DNA of 64,000 nt from Cenarchaeum sp. (lineage in GTDB: Archaea > Thermoproteota > Nitrososphaeria > Nitrososphaerales > Nitrosopumilaceae), in assembly GCA_963693095.2 (NCBI GenBank), contig OY843768.1:1568001-1632000 (forward strand). Direction: 5' to 3'. The notes under the pieces were generated by a model. The model searched no databases. It had not been told where the DNA came from and saw nothing but the letters and a program-made list of their open reading frames with translations. The position numbers and the translations under genes are program-made. The number at the start of each line of letters is the position of its first letter. Within the stretch, counting starts at the first letter, position 1. Below are positions 59,187 to 64,000 of this stretch, piece after piece.

Positions 59187-60112
59187 TATGCGCGCATGGC
59201 CCCGCGGGCCGTCGGCCTGCACTCGACTAGCCTGCACCGCACATGCGCGCGGGCAAACCCGCGCCTCATCGCGCGCGCGATTGCGCCAGTGTCCGCACCA
59301 TCGGCGGCAACTGCGATTATCGACGGGCCGGCCCCGCTTATTGCCACGCCGGCGGCTCCGGCGCGCATTGCAGCCGAGCGGACATGCTCTAGGCCGGGAA
59401 TCTTTGCGCGGCGCGCCGGCTCGGCTATCGCGTCTGCCATCGCCGAGCCGATGAGGGCCGTGTCGCGCCGCGCGATTCCGGCGACTAGCGCGGCAGCATT
59501 GGAGACGTTGGCCGTGACGTCTGCGAGGCGCGGCGTGCGCGGGACGACTCCCCTCGAGGCGGCCGTCTTTTTGGCCGGAACGGCGATCTCGGGCACGGCG
59601 ACGCAGCAGCGCATGTCCGCCGGCGCAGTCATGCGCACAATGTCTAGGGGGCCGGTCCGGACGATGACGAACCCGCCGAGGACCGCGGCGGCGACATTGT
59701 CATAGTGAATCGTGCCCGCACTGGCGCGCTCGCCGACTCCGGCGAGCTCGACGAGGCCGCGCGGCCCGAGGTCCAGCGAGAGGAGCTCGTCGGATGCGAC
59801 GGCGGCGGCGGCGGCCGATGCGGCACTGCTGCCCATTCCCATGCCGACTGGAACGCGCTTTAGTATCCGCACGTCTAGCCCGCGCACGCCGGACATGCGC
59901 ATGGCCTCCAGGGCGACTAGTCCTGCCGTGTTGCGCCGTGGGTCGGCCGGAACGCCGCCATCAGAGACCACGCGCACGCCGCGCACATCAGAGAGCGAGA
60001 CTGTCACCGTGTCCCTAAATGCGCCGAGTGCCATCCCAAACACGTCAAAGCCAGAGCCGAGGTTTGCAGTAGTCGACGGCGCGCTGGCCCTCGCGCTGCG
60101 CGCGCGGCTCAA
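59186..60112 (-). CDS. thrB: Homoserine kinase
   Basis: ANLGSGFD, PVGMGMGSSAA, HYDNVA, ISGAGPS motifs. Confidence 0.95.
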   Translation of the reverse strand: MSRARSARASAPSTTANLGSGFDVFGMALGAFRDTVTVSLSDVRGVRVVSDGGVPADPRRNTAGLVALEAMRMSGVRGLDVRILKRVPVGMGMGSSAASAAAAAVASDELLSLDLGPRGLVELAGVGERASAGTIHYDNVAAAVLGGFVIVRTGPLDIVRMTAPADMRCCVAVPEIAVPAKKTAASRGVVPRTPRLADVTANVSNAAALVAGIARRDTALIGSAMADAIAEPARRAKIPGLEHVRSAAMRAGAAGVAISGAGPSIIAVAADGADTGAIARAMRRGFARAHVRCRLVECRPTARGAMRA

Positions 60113-60867
60113 TCGACGACCTCCTCACCCTCGTCTATTGCGCGGCCAAGCGAGGCCCAGAGCGTCTCTAGGCCGTCGCCAGTGACGCTAGAGACCGGCG
60201 TGATGGCCGGCGCGAGTCCGGCAGAGTCGAGGCCGCGCAGTATTCCCATCGAGAGCTCAAGGGACTCGCCGCCCGAGTCGCGCGCAAGCGCGCCGGCAAG
60301 TGACGATGTGTCCTCTGACCACGAGATCGCCTCTGCGGCTGACGGGGGCGACATGTCAGACTTTGTGAGCACGTGGACCGTCGGCATGCCAAGTCGGAGG
60401 CGGACTGACTCGGCGAGGAGCGCAATTGAGACAAAGTTCGACGGCGAGTTGACCATCATCCCGTCGAACAGAAAGACGCACGCCTTTTGGTCAGCATCAG
60501 GCACGCGCGCAATGAACGGACCGCTTGCGCGGTACGCAAAGAGCTCTATCTGGCCCGGCGTGTCGACGATGACATAGTCGGGGTTGACGGAGTTGACCTC
60601 GGTCCACACGTCATCGATCTTTGAGGCGACAAGGTCATTGGCCATGACGAGTGCGCCATTGGGCCCGAGGCCGTACTTTTTCATGAGCGAGACAATGTCA
60701 ACGTGGTCGCGCACGTCAACGTCACAGGTGTAGGGGAGGTCCTCGACGCCCGGATCCAGGTTGAGGCTCGCCACAAAGGCGCCGGCCCCCGTATAGTGCT
60801 CGCGCATCTTTGAGGCCAGGAGCGACTTGCCCGAGCCTGCTGTCCCCACGATAAACACCGCCTTCAA
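60109..60867 (-). CDS. GPN-loop GTPase
   Basis: GTAGSGKS, NLDPG, LGPNG, DTPGQIE motifs. Confidence 0.92.
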   Translation of the reverse strand: MKAVFIVGTAGSGKSLLASKMREHYTGAGAFVASLNLDPGVEDLPYTCDVDVRDHVDIVSLMKKYGLGPNGALVMANDLVASKIDDVWTEVNSVNPDYVIVDTPGQIELFAYRASGPFIARVPDADQKACVFLFDGMMVNSPSNFVSIALLAESVRLRLGMPTVHVLTKSDMSPPSAAEAISWSEDTSSLAGALARDSGGESLELSMGILRGLDSAGLAPAITPVSSVTGDGLETLWASLGRAIDEGEEVVD

Positions 60868-60925
60868 GGTAATGCGCGCGCTTGCGCTGTTGGCTTATAT
60901 TTGAATGCGCGCGCGCGGCGGGCCA

Positions 60926-61942
60926 ATGAGGTGGAGACTCGTGGCGATACCGGCAAGCCTGGTTCCAATCGCCGTGATCGCCGTGCAGTTTGACATCGGC
61001 GCCGATGACGTCCTTGCCGTGGGCATCGCCGGATATGCGCTCGCCGTCGGCGCGATAGGCGCAAAGCTTGCGCTCCAGGGCGCAAAGTTTGCGTATATCG
61101 CGCGCTCGTACATCAAGAACGTCGGCTCGCTGCCAAGCCTCATGGGGGTTCGCGTCGGCAGCGAGTTCATAAAGTTCACGACGCCAATGTTCGTTGGCGC
61201 CGAGGTCGCCGTCATCTATTGGCTCCACAAGCGCGGCGTGCCGGCCTCCAAGGCCTCGTGGGTCGCCATAATGGACATCGTGACTGAGGTCATCGCCGCC
61301 GGCGTCATCTCGATGGCCGCCGGCGCAATTGCGCTCTATGTCGGCGCGTACGCGCTCGCCGCACTCATACTCGGCACTAGCGTGACGATAACCGGGATAT
61401 GGACGATCCTGTTCTTTCTCTCCTCGCGGCGCGTCTTTGGCGTTCCGCGCGTGATCGTTCGTGCCGCCTCGGCGATCGTCGGCACGCGGGCCGACCGCTA
61501 CATCGATCAGGCCAACTCGTGGATGCGCGAGGTCTGCGAGATGAGCCGCCAGAACATGTCAAGCGCGCACGCGCGGCGCGTCTTTTGCGTCAGCCTTGCC
61601 GCATCGTTTGCGAGCTGGGCAATGTATGGCGTCTCACTTGCGGCAATAACTGTCGGTTTGGCGCACACCGTCGGCGCGCTAGACTCGATCATGGCAGTCA
61701 TGGCCGCAAACGCAGTCGGCAACCTGCCAATAACTGTCGGCGGGTCAGGCCTCGTCGAGATAAGCGCGGCCGCGTACCTTGACGCAGTCGGCTCGGCCGG
61801 ATGGGTCGCCCTGGGCGAGGCCCTCGAGTGGAGCTCTGTCATCGGGTGGCGCATCGCGACATACTATGTGCCCATAGGGATCACGTGGGTCCTCCTCGCG
61901 AGGTTTGCGCTCGCAAGGTACACCAGGGTGGATGACGATTGA
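60926..61942 (+). CDS. UPF0104 / lysylphosphatidylglycerol synthase TM-domain (flippase-like) protein
   Basis: FTTP..GAE, PITVGGSGLVE, WRIATYY motifs. Confidence 0.8.
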   Translation: MRWRLVAIPASLVPIAVIAVQFDIGADDVLAVGIAGYALAVGAIGAKLALQGAKFAYIARSYIKNVGSLPSLMGVRVGSEFIKFTTPMFVGAEVAVIYWLHKRGVPASKASWVAIMDIVTEVIAAGVISMAAGAIALYVGAYALAALILGTSVTITGIWTILFFLSSRRVFGVPRVIVRAASAIVGTRADRYIDQANSWMREVCEMSRQNMSSAHARRVFCVSLAASFASWAMYGVSLAAITVGLAHTVGALDSIMAVMAANAVGNLPITVGGSGLVEISAAAYLDAVGSAGWVALGEALEWSSVIGWRIATYYVPIGITWVLLARFALARYTRVDDD

Positions 61943-63183
61943 GGGCCCGCCTGGCCCGCCTCTCGATGACCCTCGGGCCGGGCGTCCTCTTTGCGTCGAC
62001 TGCGATAGGCGTGTCGCACCTGGTCCAGTCGACGCGCGCTGGAGCCGAGTTTGGCTTTCTCCTCATCGGCGCAGTCATTGCTGCCAACGCGCTAAAGTAT
62101 CCCTTTTTTGAGTACGGGGCGAGGTACGCCAACGTCACCGGAACGAGCATCATCGACGGCTATGCGCGCCTCGGGAAGCGCGTCCTCTGGCTCTACATCG
62201 GCATAACGGTCTCCTCGATGTTCTTTGTGACGGCGGCCGTCGGGGCAGTGGGCGCGGGCTTTTTCGCCAACCTGTTTGGCCTTGATGAGGGCGGGCCCTG
62301 GACCGTGATCGCCCTCTTTGTGGCGTGCTGCGCGATACTCGCAGTCGGGAGGTACCGCATCCTCGACTCGCTCGTAAAGGTCGTCGCCACAGTCATGGTC
62401 GTCTCCACAGTCGCCGCTCTCATCCTCGCAGTGGCCAACGGGCCGGCCGAGCGCGTCGAGGGCTTTGTGGAGCGCGACCTCCTCGAGCCGGCCGGCCTCC
62501 TCTTTCTTGTCGCGCTCATGGGCTGGATGCCGACTGCGATCGACCTGTCCAGCTGGAACAGCCTCTGGACGCTGGAGCGCATAAGGCAGACGCGCTTCAA
62601 GCCGCGCCTCGGCGAGGCCCTCCTGGAGTTTCGCCTCGCGTATATCATCACCGGCACGCTTGCAGTCATCTTTCTCCTTCTTGGCGCGTATATCCTGTTT
62701 GGAACCGGCGCTGGCCTGCCAGACGGCGGTGCTGCCTTTGCCGGCTCGGTCGTGTCGCTGTATACTGAGACGATAGGCGACTGGAGCAGGATTGTCATAT
62801 CGACTGCGGCCTTTAGCATAATGTTTGGCACAGTCATCGCAGTCTTTGACGGGTACTCGCGCGCGCTGCGCCGATGCGCCGAGCTTGTGAGGCCAAGCGG
62901 GGCAGGCCTCCCCTATCCGGCATTCCTCGGCATAATTGCCGCCGGCTCGCTTGCAGTCGTCCTCCAGTTCGGCGACAGCCTCAAGGGCCTTGTGGACTTT
63001 GCGACTAGCGTCTCGTTTCTCGCCGCGCCGGCGATCGCCATTGTCAACTATCGCCTTGTCACCGGAAAGCACCTCGAGCGGTCCGCGCAGCCGGGCGCGA
63101 TCCTGCGCGTCATGAGCGTCGCCGGAATTGTGTTTCTCGTCGCGTTTAGCGCAATCTATGTGGCCATCAGGCTTACGTCATGA
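61939..63183 (+). CDS. NRAMP-family divalent metal transporter
   Basis: LGPGVLFASTAIGVSHLVQSTRAGA, GWMP; about 11 TM helices. Confidence 0.85.
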   Translation: MRARLARLSMTLGPGVLFASTAIGVSHLVQSTRAGAEFGFLLIGAVIAANALKYPFFEYGARYANVTGTSIIDGYARLGKRVLWLYIGITVSSMFFVTAAVGAVGAGFFANLFGLDEGGPWTVIALFVACCAILAVGRYRILDSLVKVVATVMVVSTVAALILAVANGPAERVEGFVERDLLEPAGLLFLVALMGWMPTAIDLSSWNSLWTLERIRQTRFKPRLGEALLEFRLAYIITGTLAVIFLLLGAYILFGTGAGLPDGGAAFAGSVVSLYTETIGDWSRIVISTAAFSIMFGTVIAVFDGYSRALRRCAELVRPSGAGLPYPAFLGIIAAGSLAVVLQFGDSLKGLVDFATSVSFLAAPAIAIVNYRLVTGKHLERSAQPGAILRVMSVAGIVFLVAFSAIYVAIRLTS

Positions 63184-63864
63184 CGCGGGGTCATCGGCCT
63201 TTTGCAGCATGAGCTCCATCTGTGTCCACTGGCCCGTCTCCGGCGGAGCCCGCCACACAATGTGCGTTGTGAGCGGCGCGAGTGCGGCATATCCCGGCAG
63301 GAGGGCCGAGAGCTCGGCCTCGGTGAAAAAGTGTATCACGAGGCCGTCGCGCTCCCCTCCGACATAGCGCAGCGTCCTACCGCCCTGGCTCGTGCGCTCG
63401 ATGACCTCGTGCTCCTGGCCCACCTCGCTTGCCGTCGAGTTTATGCGCACGAACAGGAGTCCTCCGGGCGCGACGAGCGAGTCGACCTTGGCGAACCGGG
63501 CCTCGACGTCGCTCATCATGCCGTGCATGAGCGACTGGATCGCCACGACGTACGCGTATGGCGTGTGGGCGTCTGCCTCCATAATGTCGCCGCACGTGAT
63601 GCGCGGGCCCTCGCGCAGGCTCGGCGCCCTGGCGAGGAGCGACTCGATGGCCACCGGCGAGACGTCAAGGCCCTCGAGGACCAGGCCGGCCTCGCGAAGC
63701 GGCACATAGTTGCGCCCGTTGCCGCACCCGAGATAGATGCCGCGCGCGCCGGCCATGGAGCGCCCGCGCAGCGTCGAGACTATCTTGGCGACTAGCGGGA
63801 CCGGCCCGTCATCGACATACCGGCCAGAGCGGTACTCGGCGTCCCACAGGTCTTGGGCCTTCAC
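63178..63864 (-). CDS. Class I SAM-dependent methyltransferase
   Basis: YLGCGNGRN, GLDVS, PGGLLF motifs. Confidence 0.85.
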   Translation of the reverse strand: MKAQDLWDAEYRSGRYVDDGPVPLVAKIVSTLRGRSMAGARGIYLGCGNGRNYVPLREAGLVLEGLDVSPVAIESLLARAPSLREGPRITCGDIMEADAHTPYAYVVAIQSLMHGMMSDVEARFAKVDSLVAPGGLLFVRINSTASEVGQEHEVIERTSQGGRTLRYVGGERDGLVIHFFTEAELSALLPGYAALAPLTTHIVWRAPPETGQWTQMELMLQKADDPAS

Positions 63865-64000
63865 GGTGTGGTGCGGCCAGGGTGCCGGATATATCTGTGG
63901 TCGGCGTGGGCGCGCGAGTCCATTGGCGGCAATTTATGGGCAATGGCTGTCCACCATGCGGGCATGAGTATTGGGGCCGCGAATGGTTGGTCACGTGTCC

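Overview
Archaeal DNA, most likely from a GC-rich Nitrosopumilaceae/Thaumarchaeota genome. Markers are TFB, a CdvB/ESCRT-III paralogue, Amt, GlnA, F420 enzymes, a GPN GTPase and TATA-box promoters on apparently leaderless genes. Housekeeping genes are interrupted by accessory blocks. (1) A defence island at ~20.3-40 kb carries HEPN-motif genes, a complete dndBCDEA phosphorothioation operon, an HNH nuclease, a pbeABCD-like operon and a DUF262/DUF1524 nuclease. (2) A duplicated TPR/small-protein module lies at 40-45.5 kb. (3) The most striking feature is a 4.7-kb locus at 50.57-55.31 kb. There, three intact and one deleted DUF3800-family genes on the minus strand alternate with about 12 copies of a ~78-nt two-hairpin element on the plus strand. 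The copies show compensatory base changes, and eleven of them sit 22-23 nt downstream of their own TATA box. This looks like an amplified nuclease-like protein plus structured small RNA system. All family assignments come from motifs read by eye, not from database searches.
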